Positions 9,541 through 17,808 of a DNA stretch of 57,743 bases are shown here, in pieces (position 1 is the stretch's first letter; each line of letters begins with the position of its first letter). The translations under genes and the position numbers were made by a program. Under the pieces are notes generated by a model, which saw only the letters and a list, made by a program, of their open reading frames with translations, did no database searches and had not been told where the DNA came from. Location of the stretch: assembly GCA_002011815.1 (NCBI GenBank), contig MTOV01000018.1, positions 1-57,743 of the forward strand, in the 5' to 3' direction. Origin of the DNA: Nitrospirae bacterium JdFR-86 (GTDB taxonomy: Bacteria; Nitrospirota; Thermodesulfovibrionia; Thermodesulfovibrionales; JdFR-86).

Positions 9541-10445
9541 TACCTGCCCTCCTGAGTATTGTTCCATTGTGGTTGTTCTGCCGGCAGTCTGATTAAGAAA
9601 GTGGCACCTTTGCCGACTTCGCTTTTTACAGTGATATCCCCGCCGTGTTTTTTGATAATGCCGTAGCTTACAGGCAGACCAAGCCCTGTACCTTTGCCCA
9701 CAGGCTTTGTTGTAAAGAAGGGTTCGAATATCTTATTCATATGCTCAGGGGGAATTCCGGGTCCTGTGTCTGCGAATTCTATCTCGACGAACTGCTTGTT
9801 GGGGTCTGTTTCGTCTTTTACAATTCTGGTTGTTATTTTTATAGTGCCGACGTCATTCATTGCGTCCACAGCATTCGTAAGCATATTGAGGAAGACCTGC
9901 TGTATCTGATTCGGGTCTACGGTCACAGAGGGCAGGTTTTCAGCAAGGTTAAATACAAGTTGCACGTTGTGAAACTCTGCTTGATTCTTCACCATGGCGA
10001 TTGAGCTTTCAAGAAGGTCATTAATGCTTATCTGTATTTTCTCTGATGTGCCTTTCCGTGCGAATCCGAGCAGTCCTTTGATTATCTTTGAGCATTTGTT
10101 TGCCTGCTCGATGATGACATCAAGTGCCTCGGCATCCTGCTTGTCCTCTGGCGGAATGCGCTTGCGCATGAGGTGGGCAAAGGTGACGATGCCGGTCAGA
10201 GGGCCGTTCAGCTCATGGGCGATGCCTGCTGCCATCCTGCCGAGGGATGCCAGTTTCTCTGCATCGATGAGCTGTTCCTGCGCCTTTGTCCAGTCCTCCA
10301 TGTGCTCTCCGTATCTTTTTATATCCTGTGCCGCCGGATTAAATGTCTGTGCCAGAGGTTTTATCTCATCCCGTCTGTTTATCTCTGTCGGGTGGTCGAA
10401 ATCTCCCTTCATCCCTTCCTCCATGAAGGTAACTGGTTTTGACAC
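9540..10445 (-). CDS. N-terminally truncated NtrB-like histidine kinase (partial HAMP, HisKA, HATPase_c); possible pseudogene
   Basis: EKLASLGRMAAGIAHELNGPL, N box, DTGPGI, FEPFFTTK, GTGLGL; no TM or sensor domain; in-frame TGA a few codons upstream. Confidence 0.8.
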   Translation of the reverse strand: MSKPVTFMEEGMKGDFDHPTEINRRDEIKPLAQTFNPAAQDIKRYGEHMEDWTKAQEQLIDAEKLASLGRMAAGIAHELNGPLTGIVTFAHLMRKRIPPEDKQDAEALDVIIEQANKCSKIIKGLLGFARKGTSEKIQISINDLLESSIAMVKNQAEFHNVQLVFNLAENLPSVTVDPNQIQQVFLNMLTNAVDAMNDVGTIKITTRIVKDETDPNKQFVEIEFADTGPGIPPEHMNKIFEPFFTTKPVGKGTGLGLPVSYGIIKKHGGDITVKSEVGKGATFLIRLPAEQPQWNNTQEGR

Positions 10446-10511
10446 CCAGAGCGGGGAATGTCAGCCTGAGGCCAACACTCCCCTTGACTGAATAACAAAA
10501 AGTCAAACATG

Positions 10512-11750
10512 CTAATGAGACTCTTTATAGTCCGGGTGTTCACGCAAAACAGGCATTCTGTTCAAAATCCACCGGAAAATGAGAATGTGAATGGTGACGA
10601 GTGTTAGAACTATGACGACTTCCTGCCATGGCGGAACGATATGGCTCAGGTGGTGCGGCAGATTCCAGTTAAACGCAACTATTGAAACATTTATCCTGTT
10701 TACCAGAATCCCAAGCACAGCGTAGAAAGCTCCAAACCTGACAATACCGGTGCTTTCCTTCTTGACGCCGTATGTCAGGACGAGCGCAGGAAGGAGAACA
10801 AATCCCAGCATCTCCACGAGGAACCACTCACCGTAGGGCGTGCCCAGGAGCGCCCAGTTATTGTCGTGGGCTATGCCGATTACTTTCAGTGCAAAATAAA
10901 CGTATATACCGACACAGGTGCCTTTGCCAAGGCCAATGGTCAGTTTGTCAAGGCTTCCGAGGAAGGTGTCATCAGTTGCCTTTCTCAGGAAACGAGCGGC
11001 AAGAGTGCTCACGACGATTACCATAGCGAGGGCGGCATAGATGCTCGAACTTAGGAAGAATACCGGTATGTACGAGGAGTACCAAAGCGGGTGGAGCTTT
11101 CCAGGTGCAAGCAGGAAGAGGGCGCCGAGTGCGGACTGGTGGAGAGTTGACAATATTATGCCGGCGATGGTCATGGCAATGGTTATCATCGTTGCCCATT
11201 TGCGTACCCTTCTTGACTTCAGCCATTCCAATATGGCTGGGCTGAATTCAAGGAACTGCACTGTCAGGTAAGTAGCCACATGCCATGCTACAAGGAACAG
11301 GACAGAGGCCGTGCCAAACCCGACTATCATTGGGTAATATATTCGCCAGGGGCGGCCGATGTCTGTTAAAAGGTAGACCACAGCAAAGAAGTAGCCCATA
11401 AATCCTGTAAGAACTCCGAGTCTCACAAGGGGCTTATATCGTTTAAACCCGAAGATGTAGTAAGCTGTGGCCATCACAAATCCAGTGGCTGAAAGCGGGA
11501 CGCCGCCGAAGAGTCCCCAACCAAGTATAAGTCCCCATGGATATTCGTCTGATGCGTGAGTGACCGCAGCAAGACCATGTATAAAACGCAGTGCAATAAC
11601 CGGTATCCCAATGCTCAGTATAAGCATTGCAGCGATATTGAAAGGAGTAATGAGGTTTCTGCTGTATTCGGGCCAAGACATTCCTAAAAGCAGTTTGTCC
11701 ATGAACCATGATCTGAAGTTCTCTGTCCTAGTTAAGGTATCGTTGCCCAT
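10512..11750 (-). CDS. NrfD/PsrC-family (HmcC/HybB-like) integral membrane quinone-interacting subunit
   Basis: YPWG, DIGRPWR, LSTLHQSALGALF, KLHPLWYS, NRINV; about 10 TM helices. Confidence 0.9.
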   Translation of the reverse strand: MGNDTLTRTENFRSWFMDKLLLGMSWPEYSRNLITPFNIAAMLILSIGIPVIALRFIHGLAAVTHASDEYPWGLILGWGLFGGVPLSATGFVMATAYYIFGFKRYKPLVRLGVLTGFMGYFFAVVYLLTDIGRPWRIYYPMIVGFGTASVLFLVAWHVATYLTVQFLEFSPAILEWLKSRRVRKWATMITIAMTIAGIILSTLHQSALGALFLLAPGKLHPLWYSSYIPVFFLSSSIYAALAMVIVVSTLAARFLRKATDDTFLGSLDKLTIGLGKGTCVGIYVYFALKVIGIAHDNNWALLGTPYGEWFLVEMLGFVLLPALVLTYGVKKESTGIVRFGAFYAVLGILVNRINVSIVAFNWNLPHHLSHIVPPWQEVVIVLTLVTIHILIFRWILNRMPVLREHPDYKESH

Positions 11751-11768
11751 TTTCTCCCCCCTTTTTCT

Positions 11769-12743
11769 TTATTTTTGATTTTTTTCCTTTTCAAGTTCTT
11801 CCCTGTGACGCAGGGCTGCATAGATCATTCCAAAGAGAGCCGGCCAGACAGTAAATACCACCGGAACCGCAGAAAGAAACCCTTTAGTCTGTTCTATGAG
11901 TGGTTTCTTGGGAAGGTTTGCCGGGAAATCAAGTTGCTCGAACGGAACTCCGGAGATATACATCCAGCTTGTTCCTCCGACCTCATGCTCACCGTAAATA
12001 TGGTCGATGTACCTGTCAGGGTTCTTCATTATCTTTTCTCTTGCAAGTTTGATTAAATCACTTCTTTTGCCAAAGGTTATAGCTCCTACCGGACAGGCCT
12101 CTGCACATGCAGGCATGTCGCCGTTTTTGATTCTTCCGTAGCACAATACGCACTTTACGATTTTGGGTTCCAGAGGACTTGCATAATCATATGCTGGAAC
12201 GTAAAAAGGACACGCTATCATGCAGTAGCGGCAGCCAAAGCATTTTTCCGGGTCGTAGAGGACTGCACCTTCAGGAGTTTTCGTATAGGCGTGTATCGGA
12301 CAGGCTGAGGCACATGCAGGCTCGTTGCAATGATTACACTGAATCTTGCGGTAGATGGGCTTTCCTGCATCCTTTGGATTTTCATACCGGTTGACTACTG
12401 TGTAGGCTTGTACGGTAGGCCGCCTTTTTTCATTAAAGACAGACTTGTCGTCAAAGGGAACATCTGGTTTGGGCAGATTGTTCGCCTCGTTGCATGCCTC
12501 CTCGCAACTGCGACACCCCACGCATTCTGTTAAGTCAGTAAGACAGCCGTAGCGGTTGGGCCATCCGGTGAATTCCTTGTAGGCAGAGGCATCCTTGTAG
12601 CTTCCGATTAAGGAGATACCTCCGATGGCTGCTACGGTTCCTAAAAATCTCCTGCGGCTGATTTTCCTGGTGTTGTCTTTTTCGTTCTGGGGTTCTTCTG
12701 TTGTTCCTTCATCTCCGAGAGAGTTTTTTAGAATTTTATCCAT
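11769..12743 (-). CDS. 4Fe-4S ferredoxin subunit (HmcB/HybA/NrfC-like), Tat-exported, C-terminal anchor
   Basis: SRRRFL Tat motif; CVGCRSCEEAC, CNHCNEPACASACP, CFGCRYCMIACP, KCVLC...PACAEACP. Confidence 0.92.
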   Translation of the reverse strand: MDKILKNSLGDEGTTEEPQNEKDNTRKISRRRFLGTVAAIGGISLIGSYKDASAYKEFTGWPNRYGCLTDLTECVGCRSCEEACNEANNLPKPDVPFDDKSVFNEKRRPTVQAYTVVNRYENPKDAGKPIYRKIQCNHCNEPACASACPIHAYTKTPEGAVLYDPEKCFGCRYCMIACPFYVPAYDYASPLEPKIVKCVLCYGRIKNGDMPACAEACPVGAITFGKRSDLIKLAREKIMKNPDRYIDHIYGEHEVGGTSWMYISGVPFEQLDFPANLPKKPLIEQTKGFLSAVPVVFTVWPALFGMIYAALRHREELEKEKNQK

Positions 12744-12772
12744 AACCCACCCTCCTTATTTACTATTCCGAA

Positions 12773-13228
12773 TTATTTCCTCGCTTTCATTTTTTGCTTG
12801 GCATGGCAGGTCTCGGTGCATCCCTTGGGGTCAGTGCCCACACCGTTCATTCCCTTGTGACACTGAAAGCACGTGCGGTGGTATGCAACCTTTAGCCCTG
12901 GCATATTTGGATTTGCAGGGTCATAGATGGTATGACAGGTTCTACACGCCATGAAAGTGTTGACCACGGATTTTTTGAAAATAGACGAGCTGACTGAATG
13001 ACAACCCTTGCACGAGGATGCATTGCTGCCATGCTGGTGGTGACACGTCCCGCAGCCTTGCGACATAAAGATGTGTTTTGTGTGGTTGAATGTCACCGGT
13101 TCATATTTGTCTGCCAGACTGTCCAGTTTAAGAACCGCTGGAGCCTTTTCAGCTTTTCCTGTGCAGATGGATGCTATAAAAAGAGTGCAGAAGCTGATTA
13201 AAAAGACCAAGGTTACTGTTCTTTTCAT
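12773..13228 (-). CDS. Class III cytochrome c (c3-like), 5 heme motifs
   Basis: VTFNHTKH; CGTCHH, CKGCH, CRTCH, AYHRTCFQCH, CTETCH (CX3CH). Confidence 0.88.
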   Translation of the reverse strand: MKRTVTLVFLISFCTLFIASICTGKAEKAPAVLKLDSLADKYEPVTFNHTKHIFMSQGCGTCHHQHGSNASSCKGCHSVSSSIFKKSVVNTFMACRTCHTIYDPANPNMPGLKVAYHRTCFQCHKGMNGVGTDPKGCTETCHAKQKMKARK

Positions 13229-13246
13229 TTATCTCCCCTCCATATT

Positions 13247-13306
13247 TCAACAATTCCTGGTGAAAGATGTGGGGGGCTTGAGATTTCATTCACCAGGAAT
13301 TGTTGA
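13247..13306. repeat. 18-bp perfect inverted repeat with 24-nt loop (intergenic)
   Basis: tcaacaattcctggtgaa (13247-13264) and ttcaccaggaattgttga (13289-13306). Confidence 0.85.
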
Positions 13307-13336
13307 TTTCTTGCATTTCTCAGATATTTAAAAGGG

Positions 13337-13753
13337 TTATTTCTGTTCATCTTTCTCTGACTTAGTCTCTCCTTCCTTGTTCTCTTTCCCGGCCAAATAT
13401 GCCTCTGTGGGTCTCCATCCAAAGGATGCACTGCTGCCTGCCAATGACAGGACACCGTTGACAACCGAAGTGATAAGGACGAACACGAAACTGAAGGGCA
13501 GAATAATCACGTATGCCAGACCGATGAATGGAGCAGCCACCACCATGCCGATAGTCCTGAGGGTATTCCTGTACCCTGTTTCCTTGATGTACTGCGTGTC
13601 TTCCTTGAGTTCGTGTATCAGCGTCCTGAAAGGCTTCGGCTTCAGTATTTCCCAGTAAAGGAGGTATGCTCCGATGAACAGAAGCGAGACTATGTACTCC
13701 ACGCTTTTTACGTGGGTTAAAAAGTCAAACATTGTGTGCATTTTTACCTCCAT
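13337..13753 (-). CDS. Small membrane protein with HmcD-like N-terminus and FGWRP-motif C-terminus
   Basis: MHTMFDFLTHVKSVEYI...YW resembles HmcD-type N-termini; strong RBS (GGAGG); hydrophobic segments. Confidence 0.65.
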   Translation of the reverse strand: MEVKMHTMFDFLTHVKSVEYIVSLLFIGAYLLYWEILKPKPFRTLIHELKEDTQYIKETGYRNTLRTIGMVVAAPFIGLAYVIILPFSFVFVLITSVVNGVLSLAGSSASFGWRPTEAYLAGKENKEGETKSEKDEQK

Positions 13754-13801
13754 TCTTTATTTTGTAAGTTCAGACAAAACCTGTAGCCTTTTCCTGAAAA
13801 G

Positions 13802-14047
13802 TCAGCTCTTGTCCTTTTTCCCCCTCTTCTTGCCTGTTAGATATGCCTCTCTGGGTCTCCATCCGAAGGACACGGCATTTCTTATAAGGTTTAATGTCCC
13901 ACCTCCAATCTTTACTCCTATCAATGTGATTATCGCTGCAATGGCGATGAACGGCAGGAATATAACGTATACCAGTCCGAGAATCGGTCCTAAGAGCAAT
14001 AGAAGAAGTCCCTTTTCCTCCTTATCGTCTTCATAGTACGCCACCAT
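13802..14047 (-). CDS. Small membrane protein, paralog of the C-terminal half of 13337-13753
   Basis: GPILGLVYVIFLPF...FGWRPREAYLTGK versus APFIGLAYVIILPF...FGWRPTEAYLAGK; AAAGGAGGTG RBS. Confidence 0.75.
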   Translation of the reverse strand: MVAYYEDDKEEKGLLLLLLGPILGLVYVIFLPFIAIAAIITLIGVKIGGGTLNLIRNAVSFGWRPREAYLTGKKRGKKDKS

Positions 14048-14092
14048 TTATTTCACCTCCTTTCTTTTTTGCTCAATTACACGATATCAGAT

Positions 14093-14138
14093 GATTCAGT
14101 CCGGAGTGAATCGGTAGAAGTTCCTATTTTTATAGGAA
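14093..14138. promoter_or_regulatory. Two palindromes upstream of the Hmc-like operon (candidate regulator sites)
   Basis: gattca-g-tccgga-g-tgaatc (14093-14112) and ttcctat-tttt-ataggaa (14121-14138). Confidence 0.4.
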
Positions 14139-14233
14139 TTTTTTCTTAATTTAGCGGGATAATTTTATGAAATTGAAAAAAGGGTGGACTCTGGGCTGAT
14201 TTGCGGTGTGCAATGGACTCAGGGCAGTTGATT

Positions 14234-14779
14234 CTAGGTTTCATCAGGGTGGGGAATCATGCTTTCTGCAATCCTAATCAACTCCTGGGGCATTGATTTC
14301 ATGATAACGGTTATTTTGTATTTTCCTTCGTTCCATGAAATCTTGCTATACGGCTCGTCGTTTTTACAGATGCCGACCTCAAGCACGGCTTCCCTGCCTT
14401 TTAAAGGGTAGTGGATTGTTTCCCTGATGTGCGCTGCTTTTATTTTCATGTCAGGGGTGAAGTCTCCGGATGTGTCAGCCTGGGATATTATGAGTGCGAC
14501 ATCTCCCTTTTTGACACGTTTGAATTCCATTATTATTGCAGTGAAAGGTTTGCTCTGTGCCAGTATTTCTGCCGGAGGCCAGGAGAGACTTTGCGGAAAA
14601 TAGGATGGAACATAGAGGTCTCTTATCTTTAACTTCAGTCTGACGTCTTCGATGCTGTCATATTTTCTTATAGTGCCTTCCTGGATTGCCATTGGCACCC
14701 AGTTGATAATCTTCAGCGCTGCAATTAAGATTGCAATTATTACCGCAAACGAAAGGAAACTGCGCAGCCTCTTACGCAC
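14234..14779 (-). CDS. Hypothetical single-pass membrane protein
   Basis: N-terminal TM followed by a soluble domain (YVPSYFP); directly downstream of the M56 gene. Confidence 0.7.
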   Translation of the reverse strand: MRKRLRSFLSFAVIIAILIAALKIINWVPMAIQEGTIRKYDSIEDVRLKLKIRDLYVPSYFPQSLSWPPAEILAQSKPFTAIIMEFKRVKKGDVALIISQADTSGDFTPDMKIKAAHIRETIHYPLKGREAVLEVGICKNDEPYSKISWNEGKYKITVIMKSMPQELIRIAESMIPHPDET

Positions 14780-14787
14780 TTTTTACC

Positions 14788-15783
14788 TCAGACAACAAAG
14801 TAGTTTATTAAAACAATCGCAGCAAGTGTTATTATAAACGGAAGCCACTCGCTATTTGAATTATTGTGCACCTGTCCTCCTTGAAGCCTTTTAACCCTGC
14901 TTTTTAAGAGCATGTTATGGCTGTCCTCGATTGTTGTGCCTATGGTTGAAGTGGTCTTCATGTGTGCAAGGTTAGAGTCTTCGTGCTCATGGTAAAAGTT
15001 TTTAAGGGTTTCTGCCAGGGCATCGGGTTTTTGTGTGATAGACACTGCAATATCATCGCATATCTTTTCTTCCTCATGGACAATCCTTCTGAATTCCAGG
15101 AGAACTACAGGATTGAAGAACATTAATGTCCTGAAAAGAAATACTACCATAAGCAATGGTTTTTTGTTTCTTGCGATGTGTGCTATCTCATGGGCAATTG
15201 CTGCCTGTATCTGCTCAGTGTTAAGCACATTTATAAGCCCTGTGGACAGAAAGATTGCCGCATTTTTGTCGGTCCTGGAGAACAGCACAAATCTGTCGTC
15301 ATCAATTATAAAGATATCGGGTTTTTCTACAGGCAGGTCTGCCAATGCCTTGTTGACAACAGCGGCGTAATCGTCGTCCTCTTTTATTCCAGGCGGGACT
15401 TTCTGGGACTTGAAGGCATGTTTCCAGATAGGAATCATCTCCTGAATAAAGAAGACTAAAGCTGTAAAGAATAAAATAAGGACAAAGAACAGGCTCAGTG
15501 GAACCTTTCCAAACAGCTCCAGGTTCAGCCATCTGTTGGTGTCAAAGACCGACTCCAGTCTGAAGGAAATAGAGCCTCTCTCAGGGTTTATCATCTGGTA
15601 CATAGGGAATGAGAAGGTTGGGAATATAACAGATATGAAGAGGAATCTTTGTTTTATCAACGGGTTGGTGATGTCCCATATTTTTAATGCCCTGTCTATG
15701 ATAACGGCAGCTATCAGCGAGTGACAGAAGGCCTGAGCAATGTACATACCGGGGTAGGAATTGAAAAAGTCTGAAATATTCAC
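14788..15783 (-). CDS. M56/M48 (BlaR1-like) membrane zinc peptidase
   Basis: AHEIAH zinc motif, FFNPV, EEKICDDIA, multiple TM helices. Confidence 0.85.
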   Translation of the reverse strand: MNISDFFNSYPGMYIAQAFCHSLIAAVIIDRALKIWDITNPLIKQRFLFISVIFPTFSFPMYQMINPERGSISFRLESVFDTNRWLNLELFGKVPLSLFFVLILFFTALVFFIQEMIPIWKHAFKSQKVPPGIKEDDDYAAVVNKALADLPVEKPDIFIIDDDRFVLFSRTDKNAAIFLSTGLINVLNTEQIQAAIAHEIAHIARNKKPLLMVVFLFRTLMFFNPVVLLEFRRIVHEEEKICDDIAVSITQKPDALAETLKNFYHEHEDSNLAHMKTTSTIGTTIEDSHNMLLKSRVKRLQGGQVHNNSNSEWLPFIITLAAIVLINYFVV

Positions 15784-16034
15784 TGTCTGACCATTAGTAC
15801 TTAATAAATAGGCTCTCTGCGATGGGATTTTCTATAAGCCAAATATACCGCAGGTTGCGGGTGAAGGTCAATGTATGATTTATGGAATCCGCTGTTTCAA
15901 TATGAATCCGCACATTGATTTCTATTTGTAGTCCGCTGTTGTGAAACAGGTTTCCTGATTATCACTTGCAGAAAGAACCCTATACTCGGTCTGCTTGGGA
16001 CAGGTAAAAATTCAAGGATAGACCATTCAAAATT

Positions 16035-16109
16035 TAAAACCGTTACTAGGGCTGAAAGAGCCTTAGAGTCTTAAGGGTTAAGGTGGGTTCAAATCCCACG
16101 CGCTCCCGC
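16035..16109 (+). pseudogene. Degenerate 3' half of tRNA-Sec (att relic)
   Basis: Long variable-arm hairpin ctagggct-gaaag-agccttag; T-arm GTGGG-TTCAAAT-CCCAC; 8-nt acceptor strand GCGCTCCC plus G discriminator (8/5 fold); no 5' half. Confidence 0.65.
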
Positions 16110-16194
16110 TTTTAAAATCAATGGGTTAGCTTTAATTTGCCCTCGGAAACAGCCTCAAAAACCGTGAAAGTGTTAGCCCAGCCATGCTTAAATA

Positions 16195-16223
16195 TTGGAA
16201 ATTATAACGATATGTGTTATAGT
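16195..16223 (+). promoter_or_regulatory. higBA promoter with overlapping palindromic operator
   Basis: TTGGAA-N17-TATAGT; tataac-N7-gttata palindrome at 16203-16221. Confidence 0.55.
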
Positions 16224-16230
16224 GTAATAA

Positions 16231-16512
16231 ATGATACGGTCTTTTAAAGATAAAAAGACCCGTGAGTTGTATCTTACGGGCAGGAGTAAGGAATTTCCTG
16301 CCCCGGTCTGTAAAGTAGGGCTAAGGAAGCTGGATTATCTGAATGCGGCAACTCGTCTTGAAGACCTTATGGCTCCACCAGGAAACAGGCTTGAGCCGTT
16401 AAAAGGCAAGTATAAAGGCAAATACAGCATTAGGATTAATGAACAATATAGGATAGTTTTCAGGTTTGTTGATTCCGATGCTTACGATGTTGAGATTACG
16501 GATTACCATTAA
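16231..16512 (+). CDS. higB: HigB toxin (RelE/ParE superfamily)
   Basis: MIRSFKDK...PPGNRLEPLKG...YSIRINEQYRIVF...ITDYH. Confidence 0.93.
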   Translation: MIRSFKDKKTRELYLTGRSKEFPAPVCKVGLRKLDYLNAATRLEDLMAPPGNRLEPLKGKYKGKYSIRINEQYRIVFRFVDSDAYDVEITDYH

Positions 16513-16524
16513 GAGGAGGCAAAC

Positions 16525-16836
16525 ATGTTTGATTTAAAAAGGGTACCAACGCACCCCGGGAAAATCCTTAAAGAGGATTTCTTAATCCCCTTGGGGCTTT
16601 CGCAGACAGAACTGGCAAGGTATCTTAAGACCACGTTTAGGACTGTCAACGAGATACTGAATGAGAAGCGGGGTATTTCTCCTGACATGGCTGTCAGACT
16701 TTCCAGGTTCTTTGGCACGTCCGAGGAGCTTTGGCTGAATCTTCAGGATCAATATGACTTATACAAGGCAAAACAAAAAAGTAAGGATGTTCTGAAGGAG
16801 ATTAAGCCCTTTAAGGAACTCAAAATGGCTGTATGA
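16525..16836 (+). CDS. higA: HigA antitoxin (XRE HTH)
   Basis: PTHPGKILKEDFL...ISPDMAVRLSRFFGTS..LWLNLQ..YDL; toxin-first gene order. Confidence 0.93.
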   Translation: MFDLKRVPTHPGKILKEDFLIPLGLSQTELARYLKTTFRTVNEILNEKRGISPDMAVRLSRFFGTSEELWLNLQDQYDLYKAKQKSKDVLKEIKPFKELKMAV

Positions 16837-16846
16837 GTTCTACTTG

Positions 16847-16877
16847 CGGGGTATAGCTCAATTAAGATGGCAGAGCG
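16847..16877 (+). other. tRNA 5'-half-like fragment
   Basis: CGGGGTA-TA-GCTC-aattaagatggca-GAGC-G resembles an acceptor strand plus D-arm; no anticodon or T-arm follows. Confidence 0.35.
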
Positions 16878-17032
16878 GGCTATGGACATGAGAGTGTTAA
16901 GAGCTTGAGTGTTGAGGTTTCTAGACTATCGTTGTAGAAGAAAAGGGGAATTGTAGATATTGTCAAAAAAAGTATAAAACATGAAAACAAAACCTGATAA
17001 ACATTGAGTATTAGATATTTAAAGGTGATTTT

Positions 17033-17743
17033 ATGTATTTAGCTTATTTTGACGAAAACAAATACACAGATGATAATCCATATTTCATTGCTGGTGGTAT
17101 TCTCTTAAATGATGAAAATATAAGTGAGCTTGAAAATACTCTCAGCCAAATTCAATATAATTTTTTTGGTACCCGCATTCTGTCAAAGGATACTGAAATG
17201 CATGGTAAAGATATATTTCATGGGAAAGGTAATTGCAAAAGAAGATCTTTAAAAGATAGAGTTCAGTTATTTCAAGATATAGCATCTTTCCTTATTGATA
17301 ATAAAGTGCCATTAAGACTAGTTTGTATTGATGTTGAGGCTCATAGAGCAAAATATAAATATCCAGAACTGGAGTATCATTTAGGGCTGATGTTAATACT
17401 TGAACGTTTTTGTGACTATTTAGACCATGTAAATGATATAGGTATTGTTTTCGGTGATTATGAAAAAGATGAAATTGCTAAATCCGTTCTTGATTTTTCA
17501 CAATTTAAGATAAGAGGGAAAACGCCAATGTATTTCGGAAGACCATTGGGGCGTTTAGTTGACACCATCTACTTTACCCATTCCCACCATAGTCGTTTTC
17601 TTCAAGTTGCAGATATGATTGTTTTTTTAGCCGGACGATATGAAAATATTACTTCAGAACCAACTAAATGGCATGATAAGAAGATAAAAGAAGTGTGGGA
17701 TTCTATAAAAAAAGGAAACTATTATATTCAGCATTGGCCGTAA
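17033..17743 (+). CDS. DUF3800 family protein (RNase H-like fold)
   Basis: MYLAYFDE N-terminal motif, EMHG, IVFGD, S.FLQVAD C-terminal motif; AT-rich. Confidence 0.82.
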   Translation: MYLAYFDENKYTDDNPYFIAGGILLNDENISELENTLSQIQYNFFGTRILSKDTEMHGKDIFHGKGNCKRRSLKDRVQLFQDIASFLIDNKVPLRLVCIDVEAHRAKYKYPELEYHLGLMLILERFCDYLDHVNDIGIVFGDYEKDEIAKSVLDFSQFKIRGKTPMYFGRPLGRLVDTIYFTHSHHSRFLQVADMIVFLAGRYENITSEPTKWHDKKIKEVWDSIKKGNYYIQHWP

Positions 17744-17749
17744 AAAAGG

Positions 17750-17808
17750 AGCGACCAGTTCTCAAATGAGAAAGGCTCGCCTAAAGGAGCAAGCCACAAC
17801 CAGTCGCT
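17750..17808 (+). ncRNA. Candidate DUF3800-associated structured RNA
   Basis: AGCGAC-CA-GTT pairs with AAC-CA-GTCGCT, enclosing hairpins CTC-AAAT-GAG and GGCT-C-GC...GC-A-AGCC; starts 6 nt after the stop codon. Confidence 0.6.

Noticed and set aside
13225-13464. 79-aa minus-strand ORF
   Set aside because: Overlaps the 138-aa gene out of frame and runs through the intergenic hairpin; no recognisable motif
49-14047. Selenocysteine or pyrrolysine read-through in the redox genes
   Set aside because: No case seen where a conserved domain continues in frame past a TGA or TAG
16000-16110. Intact tRNA-Sec gene
   Set aside because: No 5' acceptor strand (GGGAGCG...) or D-arm, the anticodon region is degenerate, there is an insertion before the T-arm, and there is no CCA; kept only as a relic
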